From NCBI GenBank assembly GCA_963667725.2, contig CAXXHO010000005.1, positions 928,001 through 992,000 of the forward strand: 64,000 bases of DNA, in the 5' to 3' direction. The stretch comes from Treponemataceae bacterium. Lineage in GTDB: Bacteria > Spirochaetota > Spirochaetia > Treponematales > Rectinemataceae. The position numbers and the translations under genes are program-made. Below the pieces are notes generated by a model. It was not told the origin of the DNA, searched no databases, and worked only from the letters and a program-made list of their open reading frames with translations. Positions 23,315-33,452 of this stretch are shown here, piece after piece (within the stretch, counting starts at the first letter, position 1; every line of letters begins with the position of its first letter).

Positions 23315-23812
23315 TCAGATCTTGAACAGGACTCCTATGTACGAAGCCCTGAGGCCTGATTCGAGGTTGATGGCGACGTTATTAGATAGATAGTAGCTCA
23401 AGCCCCCGATGGTGTCGAAACCAACGCCGGGGAATACCGTGAGTCCCAAGCCCAAGTACGAATCGAAGTTTCCGATCCAGGAAAGTTCCCTGGGGAAATT
23501 CAAGGCGCCCCAGCTGAAATGGAGCGTGCCGAAAGCGCCGATGGACAGAGCTACGCTGCTGGCCAAGTCGAGCCCGGCGCGGCCAGCGATTCCGTAGGTG
23601 AAGGGCAGCTTTTCCGCGATGACGAATTTTCCAATGGCGTATTCCACGCCTCCACCGAGACCGAAACCATGGCCATAGTGCAGACCAAGGCCTATATTCG
23701 CGTTGAGCGATCCGGGGGCTACAAGCATGCCGTTTTTCGCGTACGAATCACCGAACGCTAATCCGGAAAATATGACGAGCGCCGCCAGAAGGAATGCTAT
23801 TCTCTTATTCAT
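23315..23812 (-). CDS. Exported hypothetical protein, possible small outer-membrane beta-barrel
   Basis: GGAGG RBS before ATG 23812; signal peptide; Gly/aromatic-rich alternating strands; ends YIGVLFKI. Confidence 0.6.
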   Translation of the reverse strand: MNKRIAFLLAALVIFSGLAFGDSYAKNGMLVAPGSLNANIGLGLHYGHGFGLGGGVEYAIGKFVIAEKLPFTYGIAGRAGLDLASSVALSIGAFGTLHFSWGALNFPRELSWIGNFDSYLGLGLTVFPGVGFDTIGGLSYYLSNNVAINLESGLRASYIGVLFKI

Positions 23813-23977
23813 AAAAACCTCCCAAGGTTTATTCGGCAAGGACCATCCTTAAATCGTACATGGGCGACAGGTCTTGGTCTGTGCGGCACCACACATAGCG
23901 GCCTGGAGCCATATATCATACTATTCAGCTGGTACGAGGTTGGTTGCGCGCGGTAGCGCAGAAAGCTTGGAACGGAT

Positions 23978-25153
23978 ATGATTGCTGCCATGCCCGCCAA
24001 AGACACGAAACGCTATTCAGAGATCGGGGTTCTGACCGTCTCGCACATGCTCAACGACCTCTACAGCAATTATCTTCCACAGATGCTGCCTTTTCTCATG
24101 GCTTCTCTCCAGGGGTTCACGGTGACGAAGGCGGCTATCCTGACCGCTTCCTTCTCGATCACTTCATCGATCGTACAGCCTGTGTTCGGCTATTTTGTCG
24201 ACAATCTGGGCAGGAGATGGCTTGTTCATGTGGGAACCCTCTGGATGGCGGTGATGCTGAGCCTTACTGGTATCGCGGACAGCTACTGGATGCTCGTGGT
24301 GCTCTCCTCGCTCGCGGGACTGGGAACGGCTGCTTTTCATCCGCAGGCGGCGTCCATGATGAATGTGCTTGGCGGCAAGCACAAGGCCGTAATTTTTTCC
24401 ATTTTTGTCGCTTTCGGCAATATTGGCTTCGCGTTCGGGCCTCTGCTCCTCGTTCCCCTCTTTCAGGCTTTTGGCCTTAGAGCGACCATGTTCACGGTGG
24501 CGCCAGGCATCGTCGTGGCTCTTCTTCTTTTCTTTTTCGCCCCTCAAATTCAAGTGTCGGCCAAAGCCATTCCCTCGCTGCGGAATGTGCTGGCATCGAT
24601 TCGGGCTTCATCGAGACAGCTCGTCCCCTTGGTAGCCGTCATAGCGGTGCGTTCGATGGCCTATACGGGCATGCTGACGCTTTTACCCCTTTTCTTCGCG
24701 GAAAAGCAGCTGAGCAAGATCGCGGCAAGTCATCTCGTTACCATAATGCTTTTTTCCGGGGCTATCGGCGGCATACTTGGAGGCTTCATTTCGGATCGCT
24801 ACGGTCGAAAGCCTCTTATTGTCGCGTCGCTCATGATATCGACACCATTCTTCTTCGCTTTTCTCGCTACGCAGGGTACCTTGTCCATCATTTTCCTGGC
24901 TCTGGCCGGGGCGAGCCTCCTCTCCAGTTTTTCGGTGACGGTAGTGGCTGCGCAGGAAGCCATTCCCGATAACAAGGCGCTCGCGGCCGGCATATCCATG
25001 GGACTAGCGGGCGGGCTTGGGGGCATGGCGGTGATCTTCATAGGAAGGCTCGGCGACGTATGGGGATTGACTCAGGCGGTGTATGTTCTCTTTTCCCTGC
25101 CTGTCGTGGCCGGTCTCATAGGGTTGTCGATGCGCAAGCAGCATACCAAGTGA
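23978..25153 (+). CDS. MFS transporter (Fsr-like)
   Basis: About 12 TM; SHMLND, QPVFG, AFHP and SDRYGRK. Confidence 0.88.
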   Translation: MIAAMPAKDTKRYSEIGVLTVSHMLNDLYSNYLPQMLPFLMASLQGFTVTKAAILTASFSITSSIVQPVFGYFVDNLGRRWLVHVGTLWMAVMLSLTGIADSYWMLVVLSSLAGLGTAAFHPQAASMMNVLGGKHKAVIFSIFVAFGNIGFAFGPLLLVPLFQAFGLRATMFTVAPGIVVALLLFFFAPQIQVSAKAIPSLRNVLASIRASSRQLVPLVAVIAVRSMAYTGMLTLLPLFFAEKQLSKIAASHLVTIMLFSGAIGGILGGFISDRYGRKPLIVASLMISTPFFFAFLATQGTLSIIFLALAGASLLSSFSVTVVAAQEAIPDNKALAAGISMGLAGGLGGMAVIFIGRLGDVWGLTQAVYVLFSLPVVAGLIGLSMRKQHTK

Positions 25154-25265
25154 GCTGGTGTCACCTGCGGGCGGCTAGATCTTTTTAGCGGCGAATAGAC
25201 CCCTTCTGTCTCTCCTGTATTAATTGCGAATCAGAAAGATCCGGAATCTGCCGATAAGCAATCAC

Positions 25266-26171
25266 ATGAAGTCATCGATCTCTGTCCTATATTCCGACTC
25301 ACTGCTTCTTCTCACCGCGGCGATATGGGGGTTCGCTTTTGTCGCCCAAAGAGTGGGCATGGACGATTTGGGGCCTTTCGCGTTCAACGCGGTACGCTAC
25401 GCGATAGGCGCCCTTGCCCTTCTGCCTCTCATCAGGCACAGGAGAAGGGCAAGGATCAGCCTGGCTCGATATTCGTCAGGCGCGAATTCCCGCGAGCAGG
25501 GGCTTCTCCCTTTCGTCCTCGCCGGCGGGGCGATGTTCATAGGCGCGAGCTTCCAGCAAGTAGGCATCGTCACCACGACGGCCGGTAACGCGGCCTTCGT
25601 GACGAGTCTTTATGTAGTGATCATTCCGCTGATCGGCACGCTGTTCGGACGTAAGACTGGTCCAAAAGACTATCTCGCGGCTATCGTGTCGGTGATGGGC
25701 CTCTATATCATCACGATTGGCGGCGGCTTCACCATGGCGCCGGGCGACCTCCTCGTGCTGGCGGGGTCCTTTTTCTGGGCGCTTCACATACTCGTGATAG
25801 GCCGCTTCGCCGCCTCGGTCGATCCCGTCGAGCTTTCGGCCGGACAATTCGCCGTTTGCGGTCTCTTAAGCTTCGTCGCTTCCCTGATTTTCGAACCGAA
25901 CCCATACGAAGGCGTGTTTTCGGCGGCGATTCCTATTCTCTATGGCGGTCTCTTATCCTGCGGCGTGGCTTTTACCCTTCAGATAATCGCCCAGCGGACT
26001 TCGCCTCCCGCGCATGCGTCTATTATCCTCGCCATGGAAGGTCTCTTCGGCGCGATCGGCGGCGTTCTTCTTCTGAATGAGCCGGCTTCGCTTCGATTTT
26101 TTATGGGCGGAGCCCTCATGCTGGCCGCCGCGGTCTTCTCGCAATTACCGATCGGCAAACCGGGCAAGTGA
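25266..26171 (+). CDS. DMT/EamA family transporter
   Basis: AAIWGFAFVAQRVGM, FNAVRY and two EamA halves. Confidence 0.88.
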   Translation: MKSSISVLYSDSLLLLTAAIWGFAFVAQRVGMDDLGPFAFNAVRYAIGALALLPLIRHRRRARISLARYSSGANSREQGLLPFVLAGGAMFIGASFQQVGIVTTTAGNAAFVTSLYVVIIPLIGTLFGRKTGPKDYLAAIVSVMGLYIITIGGGFTMAPGDLLVLAGSFFWALHILVIGRFAASVDPVELSAGQFAVCGLLSFVASLIFEPNPYEGVFSAAIPILYGGLLSCGVAFTLQIIAQRTSPPAHASIILAMEGLFGAIGGVLLLNEPASLRFFMGGALMLAAAVFSQLPIGKPGK

Positions 26172-27368
26172 GTTCTCTACCTTGCGTTCCAGGTCATCGA
26201 TGCCGCAGTCGACGATGTTCATCGCGTGGCGATTCACGACATCCATATCCTTCATGCCCGAACCGGTGAGCACGACCACGACGCGATCCCGGTTTTTTAT
26301 CGCGCCGCTGGCCCTCAGCGAACGCAGGGCGGCCAGGGTGGTCGCGCTTCCCGGCTCGACGAAAAACCCCGACCTCGCGTAGAGCAGCTGCGACTCGAGA
26401 ATCTCCGTTTCTGAAGCCACTCCGGCAAGCCAATCGAATTCATTCGCTTTGGCGAGGATTTCCTCGCCGCCCGGAGGATTCCCCGAGGAAAGGGCTTCGG
26501 CGATCGTCGTGAAGTTCCGGAAGGGTATAACTTTGTCGCTTCGCGCATGGATCGCGCTCGCTATGGGGCTGTTGGCCGCGGCCTGGACAACCACCATGCG
26601 AGGCAGGCGCGATATCAGTCCCGCCGCGAAAAGCTCGCGGAATCCCTTGAAAATTCCCCTGATATGGCCGCAGGCCGAAGTGGGAACGACGATGAAATCG
26701 GGAACGTCTCCCCGCAGCGCTTCGAATAGCTCGAAGGCTTCCATCTTGTAGCCTTCGACGCGTATAGGTCCGTTGCCTGATACGATGCGGAGCCCAAAAC
26801 GGGAAGCCAGCGCGAGCGCGCGAAGTTTCATGTTCGCGTAATCGGCCCCGCGCACTTTTATGATCTTCGCTCCATGAACGGCCATGGCGAGGATTTTTTC
26901 GCGCGGCACGAATTCGGGCAAAAAAATCAGGACATTCAGACCGGCTCTCGCGCCGTAGGCGGCCACAGACTGCCCCATATTGCCGGTGGAAATAGTGGCC
27001 GTCATCGATTCGCCCCGCTCTTTCGCCATGATCGAACAGGCGATCGATCCTCTGTCCTTGAAACTCCAGGTGGGATTCGCCGTCTCGTTTTTGAGAAGAA
27101 GGTTCTCGACGCCGGTATAGGTTTTCAGGAGCGGACTAGCCTCTATAAGCGGCGTCGAGCCTTCGCCCAGAGACAGTTCGGGGTGCGTTTCCGCGAAGGG
27201 CATGAATTCGGCGAAACGCTCCCATGTGCGGTTTCCCTGCTTAATGCGCGCATTTTCGATGCCGGGAATGGCCACCTCGAGCGATTCGCGGTTTTCCGCG
27301 AATTCCTCGAGCCGGGCGAAGGGGTATTCGGTTCCGGAAATCGTCGACCGCAGATGAACGCTTTTCAT
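26145..27368 (-). CDS. Threonine-synthase-like PLP enzyme (fold type II)
   Basis: SLGEGSTPL, NPTWSFKDRG, STGNMG, EPGSA and VLTGSGMKD. Confidence 0.85.
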   Translation of the reverse strand: MKSVHLRSTISGTEYPFARLEEFAENRESLEVAIPGIENARIKQGNRTWERFAEFMPFAETHPELSLGEGSTPLIEASPLLKTYTGVENLLLKNETANPTWSFKDRGSIACSIMAKERGESMTATISTGNMGQSVAAYGARAGLNVLIFLPEFVPREKILAMAVHGAKIIKVRGADYANMKLRALALASRFGLRIVSGNGPIRVEGYKMEAFELFEALRGDVPDFIVVPTSACGHIRGIFKGFRELFAAGLISRLPRMVVVQAAANSPIASAIHARSDKVIPFRNFTTIAEALSSGNPPGGEEILAKANEFDWLAGVASETEILESQLLYARSGFFVEPGSATTLAALRSLRASGAIKNRDRVVVVLTGSGMKDMDVVNRHAMNIVDCGIDDLERKVENSLARFADR

Positions 27369-27394
27369 TCTACCGCACTCCTGGGCGTCGGCTA

Positions 27395-28198
27395 TCAGTT
27401 CAGCCCGATGAGCTTTCGCACAACCTTCGAAGCGATGATGAGTCCGGCCACCGAGGGAACGAAGGAGACCGAGCCTGGAATGCTACGCCTTCCGGCGCCC
27501 TTAATGCTTCCGATACCGGCGCCATCCTTTTTCGGACAGACGCAGTCCGTCGGGCAGGTGGCCCTTAATTCGCCCGTTTTTAGAGGAGCTTCCCTTGAGT
27601 AGACTACGTCGAGCGCCGCAAGGCCCCGCTTCCGCAGTTCGCAGCGCATGACGCGAGCGAGGGGACAGACGGAGGTGTCGTAGATATCGGCGATTTCCAG
27701 CCTGGTTGGGTCGAGTTTATTGCCTGCGCCCAGGCAGCTTATGATGGGTATGCCTATTTTCGTGGCATGCATGATGAGCTCGATCTTGGAGGAAACGGTG
27801 TCGATCGCGTCCACCACATACGAAAGGCCCGGAATGCCGGGAGCGCCCTGTTCCGGAACGTCCTGTCCCAGAAGGCGGGGCATGTTTTGGGCATCGCAGT
27901 ATTCCTGGAAAATTTCCACCTGGGCCTGAGGATTGATGTCCAATATTCGAGCCTTCATCACCTCGACCTTCGGTTTTCCGATGGTGGATCTGAGGGCGAT
28001 AATCTGGCGGTTGATATTGGTAAGGCAAACGCAGTCGTCGTCAACCAGGACGAAAGAGCCGACTCCCGAACGCGCGAGTCCTTCGACCGCATAGGCGCCG
28101 ACCCCGCCTATGCCGAAAACCGCCACTTTCGAGGCCGCCAGTATTTTCATCGCTTCGGCGCCAAGCAGGAGTTCGGTTCGGGAAAACGCATCGAGCAT
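27395..28198 (-). CDS. tcdA: tRNA threonylcarbamoyladenosine dehydratase (ThiF family)
   Basis: FSRTELLLG, GIGGVG, TNINRQ, DAID, GAGNKLDP, CPLAR and VYSRE. Confidence 0.88.
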   Translation of the reverse strand: MLDAFSRTELLLGAEAMKILAASKVAVFGIGGVGAYAVEGLARSGVGSFVLVDDDCVCLTNINRQIIALRSTIGKPKVEVMKARILDINPQAQVEIFQEYCDAQNMPRLLGQDVPEQGAPGIPGLSYVVDAIDTVSSKIELIMHATKIGIPIISCLGAGNKLDPTRLEIADIYDTSVCPLARVMRCELRKRGLAALDVVYSREAPLKTGELRATCPTDCVCPKKDGAGIGSIKGAGRRSIPGSVSFVPSVAGLIIASKVVRKLIGLN

Positions 28199-28390
28199 AG
28201 GGTCGATCGTATAGAGGGGGCGAGCGACGGGTCAAGTATCCCCCGTCCGTCGGCCCGTTTCTGCCTATGAAGCGCCGATGCATAAAAATTCGAAAATACC
28301 TCGATTCTTTATTGATTTACCCTTTCCTAGGCAGTCCCGTTCAGGTAGTATGAATAAATTTTTGTCCAAATAAAATGGAGGGGAGATACA

Positions 28391-29710
28391 ATGGCAAAGT
28401 CAGCGGAGAAAGTGATTGGCTACTTACCGGACGAGACCCCATCGACGGGAAAACTGCTTCTGTTCGCGTTCCAGCAGCTGCTCGTGATGTTTCCGGCCAC
28501 GGTGACCGTCGCGCTTCTGACGGGATTCCACATCTCGACCACGATCTTCGCGAGCGGATTCGCGACGCTTTCGTTCCTGTTCGTGACGAAGGGAAAGATA
28601 CCTCTCTATTACGGATCGAGCTTTTCCTACATCGCGGCGATCATCAGCATCACGGGCGTCACGTCGGGGCTCGCTCCCGACAATCTGATCTCCGCCGCCC
28701 AGTTCGGCATCATCATGTCGGGCCTTGTGTCCATAGCGGTAGGCCTCATCGTGAGCCGCTTCGGCATGGACATCATCGAAAAGATCCTTCCCGCCACGGT
28801 AACCGGGGCCATCGCCATGGTCATCGGCATTTCGCTCGCGGGAATAGCCATCACAAGCGCCGCCGGCTATTCGGGCGGAGCGGCGAACGACAAGGCCTGG
28901 ATCGCCGCCCTCGTGACCCTTTTCGCCACGATCGGTTTTTCCGTATACCTGAAAGGCGTATGGGGCCAGCTGCCCATCCTGTTCGGCATCCTGGTCGGAT
29001 ATGTCGTCAGCATTCCGCTCGGACTTATCGACTTCGGCGCGATCTGGACGGGCACTGTCATCGAAATGCCGCACTTCACTCTTCCCGTCGCGAACTGGGC
29101 GGCCGTTGCAGCGATCATGCCTATCGCGATCGCGACTATCCCTGAATCCACCGCTCACTTGTTCCAGCTGGATATCTACGTGAACGATCTCGCGAAGAAA
29201 AAAGGCAAGGGCGTGTATAGGATAGCGGAGAAGCTGGGGCTCAACCTTGTCGGCGACGGTATCGGTGATATAGTGGCTTCTCTGTTCGGCGGACCGGCCG
29301 GCACGAATTATGGCGAGAACATTTCCACCATGGCGATCACGAAGAATTTTTCTGTGAAGGTTCTCGGTGGGGCCGCGATCATGGCCATCGTGCTTTCGTT
29401 CTTCCAACCACTTTCCAACGCGATCAGATCGATCCCGAGTCCTGTGATCAACGGCGCTTGCGTTTATCTGTTCGGCGTAATCGGGGCGCAGGGCGTGGCG
29501 ATCATGATCAACAAGAAAGTCGACCTCTTCGACGCCAGGAATCTGGCCGTCATAGCCGTCATCCTCGTGGTGGGCCTCGGCGGAAACTACGGTTTCCCGA
29601 ACGGCATGATCCCGATCTTCGGAATGCAGCTTCCCGCCATCGCGACCGCCGCCACGGTCGGTATCGTGCTGAACCTGGCGCTTTCCATCGGCCGCAGGAA
29701 GAACGCGTAA
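28391..29710 (+). CDS. NCS2 uracil/xanthine-family permease
   Basis: GSSFSY, ESTAH and GPAGTNYGEN signature. Confidence 0.9.
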   Translation: MAKSAEKVIGYLPDETPSTGKLLLFAFQQLLVMFPATVTVALLTGFHISTTIFASGFATLSFLFVTKGKIPLYYGSSFSYIAAIISITGVTSGLAPDNLISAAQFGIIMSGLVSIAVGLIVSRFGMDIIEKILPATVTGAIAMVIGISLAGIAITSAAGYSGGAANDKAWIAALVTLFATIGFSVYLKGVWGQLPILFGILVGYVVSIPLGLIDFGAIWTGTVIEMPHFTLPVANWAAVAAIMPIAIATIPESTAHLFQLDIYVNDLAKKKGKGVYRIAEKLGLNLVGDGIGDIVASLFGGPAGTNYGENISTMAITKNFSVKVLGGAAIMAIVLSFFQPLSNAIRSIPSPVINGACVYLFGVIGAQGVAIMINKKVDLFDARNLAVIAVILVVGLGGNYGFPNGMIPIFGMQLPAIATAATVGIVLNLALSIGRRKNA

Positions 29711-29781
29711 ACGACGATAGGGGGAAGATTAGGAGTCCGATTTCAACGTAGTGCGGTTCATTGAAAAATGAGGAGTAAAAC

Positions 29782-31362
29782 GTGAAAGTATACGAAGGTT
29801 CCGTTGTCACCTGTGATGCCGCGGGCAGTGTCGCTCGATTCCTGGTGGAAGATGGAGGAAAGATAGCCTTCGTGGGCAACGATCTTCCCGGCAAGTTTGC
29901 CGGGGCGCCGAAGGAGCGGCTCCTTGAAAGAGCCCTCCTTCCCGCTTTCGGCGACACGCATATCCATTTCATGTCTTACGCTCTATTCTCGGCGGGGCTC
30001 GATGTCCGCGGCCTGAAAACCAACGCCGATATCCGCGACGCCATCGCCGATTTCGCGCGGGAGCGTTCGCCATCCATCGTCTTCGGTTTTGGCGCTTCGG
30101 CTTACGGCGTCAAGGAAAGACGCCTCCTTACGAGGGAAGATATCGACGCAGCCTGTCCTGACCGGCCGGTTTTCATCGTGAAATACGACGGCCACGCGGG
30201 CATCGCCAATTCGGCCCTCATCGCTCAGGTGAAAGAAAAGCTCGGCGAGCTGCGAGGCTTCAACGCGGACTCGGGGCTCATGACCCAGGATGCCTTTTTC
30301 CGGCTTACCGATACGGTTACCGGCAAGGTCTCCCTGCCAGCGACCCTCGGCAACATGCTCGCCGGCATCGATACCCTGGCCGGCTACGGCGTCGGTCTTG
30401 CGCATTCGGTGACCGGCATAGGCTTTCCCGCCGATATGGATGTAACCCTCGAAAGCCTGTTTGCCCGTGGTCTCGCCAATCCGCTCGCCTATCGCATCTT
30501 CTTCCAGACAATGGATGTGAAGAAGGTCCTCAAGCGAAGGCTTCCTCGCATCGGTGGCTGTTTCGCGACGGCGCTCGACGGATGTTACGGCTCCGTGGAC
30601 GCCGCGATGCTCAAACCCTACGAGGCGGCCGCGGGCCTGCCTCCCGAGCAGGCCAAGGGCATCCTCTATTATTCGGACGAGCGGGTAGCCGCCTTCTGCC
30701 GTGAAGCGAACCGCGCGGGCCTCCAAATAGAGATGCACGCCATCGGCGACGCCGCTTTTGAGCAGGCTGTATCGGCCATCGCGGCCGCCCTCGCCGATTT
30801 TCCCTGCGAGGACCACCGCCATACCATTATCCACGCCTGCCTGCCCACGATGCGCGGCCTTGAAACTTGCGCCAAGATCGGCATCCACCTTTCGGTTCAG
30901 CCAGGATTTCTCTATTGGGAACAGGAGCCTCTTGAGTATATCGAGTCGATCCTGGGCCGAAGAGCTTTCGACATATCGCCGCTAAGAACGATGGTCGATA
31001 TGGGCATTGAGCTTTCTGGCGGATCGGACGCCCCCTGCACGGTGCCGAATCCGATCGAGGGCATCTGGGCGGCATGCAATCACTATGTACCGGGTCAGTC
31101 CCTCACCATTCAGGAATCGCTCAACGTCTATACGCGCAACGCCGCGCGAGGCTCTTTCGACGAAAACGAACGCGGAAGCCTCGAGACGGGGAAGTTAGCC
31201 GATATGGTTCTGCTGAACCGCGATCCGCTTTCCATGGCGCCGGCCGACCTGCGCTCGCTCAAGGTCGAACAACTTTTCCTCGAAGGGAAACCCTATGTTC
31301 CGGGCCAGGGCAAGGCAAGCCTCGTAATCCGCGGACTCGTGAACGCGGGCAAGCGCGTGTAG
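29782..31362 (+). CDS. Amidohydrolase-3 (YtcJ-like) metal-dependent hydrolase
   Basis: DTHIH, DGH, HAIGD, IIHA, GSDAP and GSLETGKLAD. Confidence 0.88.
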   Translation: MKVYEGSVVTCDAAGSVARFLVEDGGKIAFVGNDLPGKFAGAPKERLLERALLPAFGDTHIHFMSYALFSAGLDVRGLKTNADIRDAIADFARERSPSIVFGFGASAYGVKERRLLTREDIDAACPDRPVFIVKYDGHAGIANSALIAQVKEKLGELRGFNADSGLMTQDAFFRLTDTVTGKVSLPATLGNMLAGIDTLAGYGVGLAHSVTGIGFPADMDVTLESLFARGLANPLAYRIFFQTMDVKKVLKRRLPRIGGCFATALDGCYGSVDAAMLKPYEAAAGLPPEQAKGILYYSDERVAAFCREANRAGLQIEMHAIGDAAFEQAVSAIAAALADFPCEDHRHTIIHACLPTMRGLETCAKIGIHLSVQPGFLYWEQEPLEYIESILGRRAFDISPLRTMVDMGIELSGGSDAPCTVPNPIEGIWAACNHYVPGQSLTIQESLNVYTRNAARGSFDENERGSLETGKLADMVLLNRDPLSMAPADLRSLKVEQLFLEGKPYVPGQGKASLVIRGLVNAGKRV

Positions 31363-31391
31363 CGGAAAGATCGCGAAGACTGTAGCGGAAT

Positions 31392-31430
31392 AAAAAGGGC
31401 TGTCCGGGAATTCCGGACAGCCCTTTTTTT
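31392..31430. terminator. Bidirectional rho-independent terminator
   Basis: AAAAAGGGCTGTCCGG-GAATT-CCGGACAGCCCTTTTTTT. Confidence 0.9.
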
Positions 31431-31480
31431 ATTGCCGCTGCGGGCGACAATGATAAGAAAATCGAATAACTATCCGATCG

Positions 31481-32803
31481 CTACTTCCCCGCGTATAGAT
31501 TGGGCAGCCAGGTCGCGATCTGCGGGAAAATCATCAGTAGCACAAGACCTATGATCATGAGCCCGACGAAGGGCACCACCGATCGGTAAATGTCCCCCAG
31601 GGATATCTCCTTGGGCGCCATCGCCTTCATCAGGAAGAGGTTGTAGCCGAAGGGCGGTGTCAGGTAGGCGATCTGGCAGGTGACGGTGTAGAGAACGCCG
31701 TACCATATCGGATCGAAGCCCAGCTTGATGATGAGGGGAATGTAGAGCGGCGCGACGATGATCAGCATGGCCGTGTCGTCCAGGAACATGCCCATGATGA
31801 CGAAGGACAGCTGCATCATGATGATGACGCCCCAGCGACCGAATCCATTGTTGAGGAAAACGTCCTTGATGGCGTTGACAGCCCCTAGCCCGTCGAAGAT
31901 GGCGCCGAAAGCGAGGGCCGCGAGAATGACCCACATGAACATGCAGCTCACGCTCAAGGTGTCGGCCAGTACTTCCTTCATGACTTTCCATGTGAGTTTT
32001 TTCTTGAACAGACCGGCGATCGTCGTTACGACAGCTCCGACCGCGGAGCTTTCGACCAGGTTGGTGACGCCCATGAAAAAGAGGCCCGACATCATGAAGA
32101 TAATGAAAAGGGGAATGATGCCGGCGCTGAGAAGTTTCAATTTTTTTGCTATGGGCACATGACGTTCCTCTTTTGGAAGAACGGGGCCGAGCTTCGGATT
32201 GAAGGTGCATCGCACGAGAATATAGATGATGAAAATCGCGGCAAGCATCAGACCGGGCATAATGCCGGCCAGCCACAGCTTGCTGACGGGCTGCCGCGCG
32301 ATCATGGCGTAGAGCACGAGGACGACGCTCGGCGGAATCATTATCCCCAGCGAACTTCCCGCCTGGATGACCCCCGTCACCATTTTCTTGTCGTATTTGC
32401 GCTTGAGCATTTCGGGAAGAGCGATGCTGCTGCCGACAGCCATGCCTGCCACGCTGAGGCCATTGATTGCCGATATGATAGACATGAGAATGACGGTCCC
32501 TATCGCCAGTCCGCCGGGTACGGGACCCATCCAGACATGGATCATCTCGTAAAGATCGTCGGCGATGCCCGACTTGGCGAACATATATCCTATGTAAATG
32601 AAGATAGGCAGCGTGAGCAGAGGGTACCAGACGAGGAGCTGGAAGCTTGCCTGGAAGGACATGCCTATACCGCCCTTTCCCCATAACAGTACGGCAAAAA
32701 TAGCGCCAACGCCGCCGATGACGGCGAAGATATGCCTTCCGGTGAGGAGGAGAACGATCATCGAAGAGAACATCAACAGTGCCATCAATCCATAGCCGTT
32801 CAT
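31481..32803 (-). CDS. dctM: TRAP transporter large permease
   Basis: LGIMIPPS, YLTPPFGYNLF and many TM helices. Confidence 0.92.
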   Translation of the reverse strand: MNGYGLMALLMFSSMIVLLLTGRHIFAVIGGVGAIFAVLLWGKGGIGMSFQASFQLLVWYPLLTLPIFIYIGYMFAKSGIADDLYEMIHVWMGPVPGGLAIGTVILMSIISAINGLSVAGMAVGSSIALPEMLKRKYDKKMVTGVIQAGSSLGIMIPPSVVLVLYAMIARQPVSKLWLAGIMPGLMLAAIFIIYILVRCTFNPKLGPVLPKEERHVPIAKKLKLLSAGIIPLFIIFMMSGLFFMGVTNLVESSAVGAVVTTIAGLFKKKLTWKVMKEVLADTLSVSCMFMWVILAALAFGAIFDGLGAVNAIKDVFLNNGFGRWGVIIMMQLSFVIMGMFLDDTAMLIIVAPLYIPLIIKLGFDPIWYGVLYTVTCQIAYLTPPFGYNLFLMKAMAPKEISLGDIYRSVVPFVGLMIIGLVLLMIFPQIATWLPNLYAGK

Positions 32804-33342
32804 TTTGTACCCTCTTCTTTGGGCTGCTCAGCCCTGGGGTCCTCACCTCTAAGCGTCGCGATATCCTTGATCAGTTCGGATATTACCTGAAGAAACATGA
32901 GGAAGATGCCGGCGACCATGAATATTTTCACGGGAAGCACTTTAGGCGCCCATGAGGAATAGGTTACCTGGCCATATCGGGCGGCGTATTGGATGCCCTG
33001 TATGCCGCCGACCAGGAGGACGATCATATAGAAAAGGATGATGGCGAAGGTGATCACATCCGAAAGAGCCTTTCTTTTCGGCGACCATTTATCGTAGAAA
33101 ACATCCATCCTGACATGTCCACCCAATATTAACGTGGATGCGCCGCCGAGAAGGTAATAGGGAGCCATGAAAAACTGGGTCAATTCCACGGCCCAGACAT
33201 TGGGCCTGTTGAAGACTGTCCTCGTGATCGTGTCGTAGAGCAGGATGCCCATCATGACGAATATCAGGTACATCACGATCTTGCCGACCAATTTGCTCGT
33301 CGCGTCGACATATTTTACATATGTTTTTGCTGCCTTACCCAT
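32800..33342 (-). CDS. dctQ: TRAP transporter small permease
   Basis: 4 TM; WAVEL and GHVRMD; ATGA overlap with dctM. Confidence 0.9.
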   Translation of the reverse strand: MGKAAKTYVKYVDATSKLVGKIVMYLIFVMMGILLYDTITRTVFNRPNVWAVELTQFFMAPYYLLGGASTLILGGHVRMDVFYDKWSPKRKALSDVITFAIILFYMIVLLVGGIQGIQYAARYGQVTYSSWAPKVLPVKIFMVAGIFLMFLQVISELIKDIATLRGEDPRAEQPKEEGTK

Positions 33343-33452
33343 CGAAACCTCCTGATGATGGATCCGAGGTATCAAAGAACCCCTATCCGACCCTGGGAAA
33401 GCCGGATAGGGGATTCAGTAGTCCGGGATGAAGTACTTGCATCATGCCTACA

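Noticed and set aside
26145..26171. 27-bp convergent overlap of the DMT and threonine-synthase-like genes
   Set aside because: Short 3' overlaps are common and there is no further signal
28199..28390. PyrR attenuator or purine riboswitch upstream of the NCS2 permease
   Set aside because: No AGUCC-AGAGAG loop, purine aptamer core or terminator recognisable
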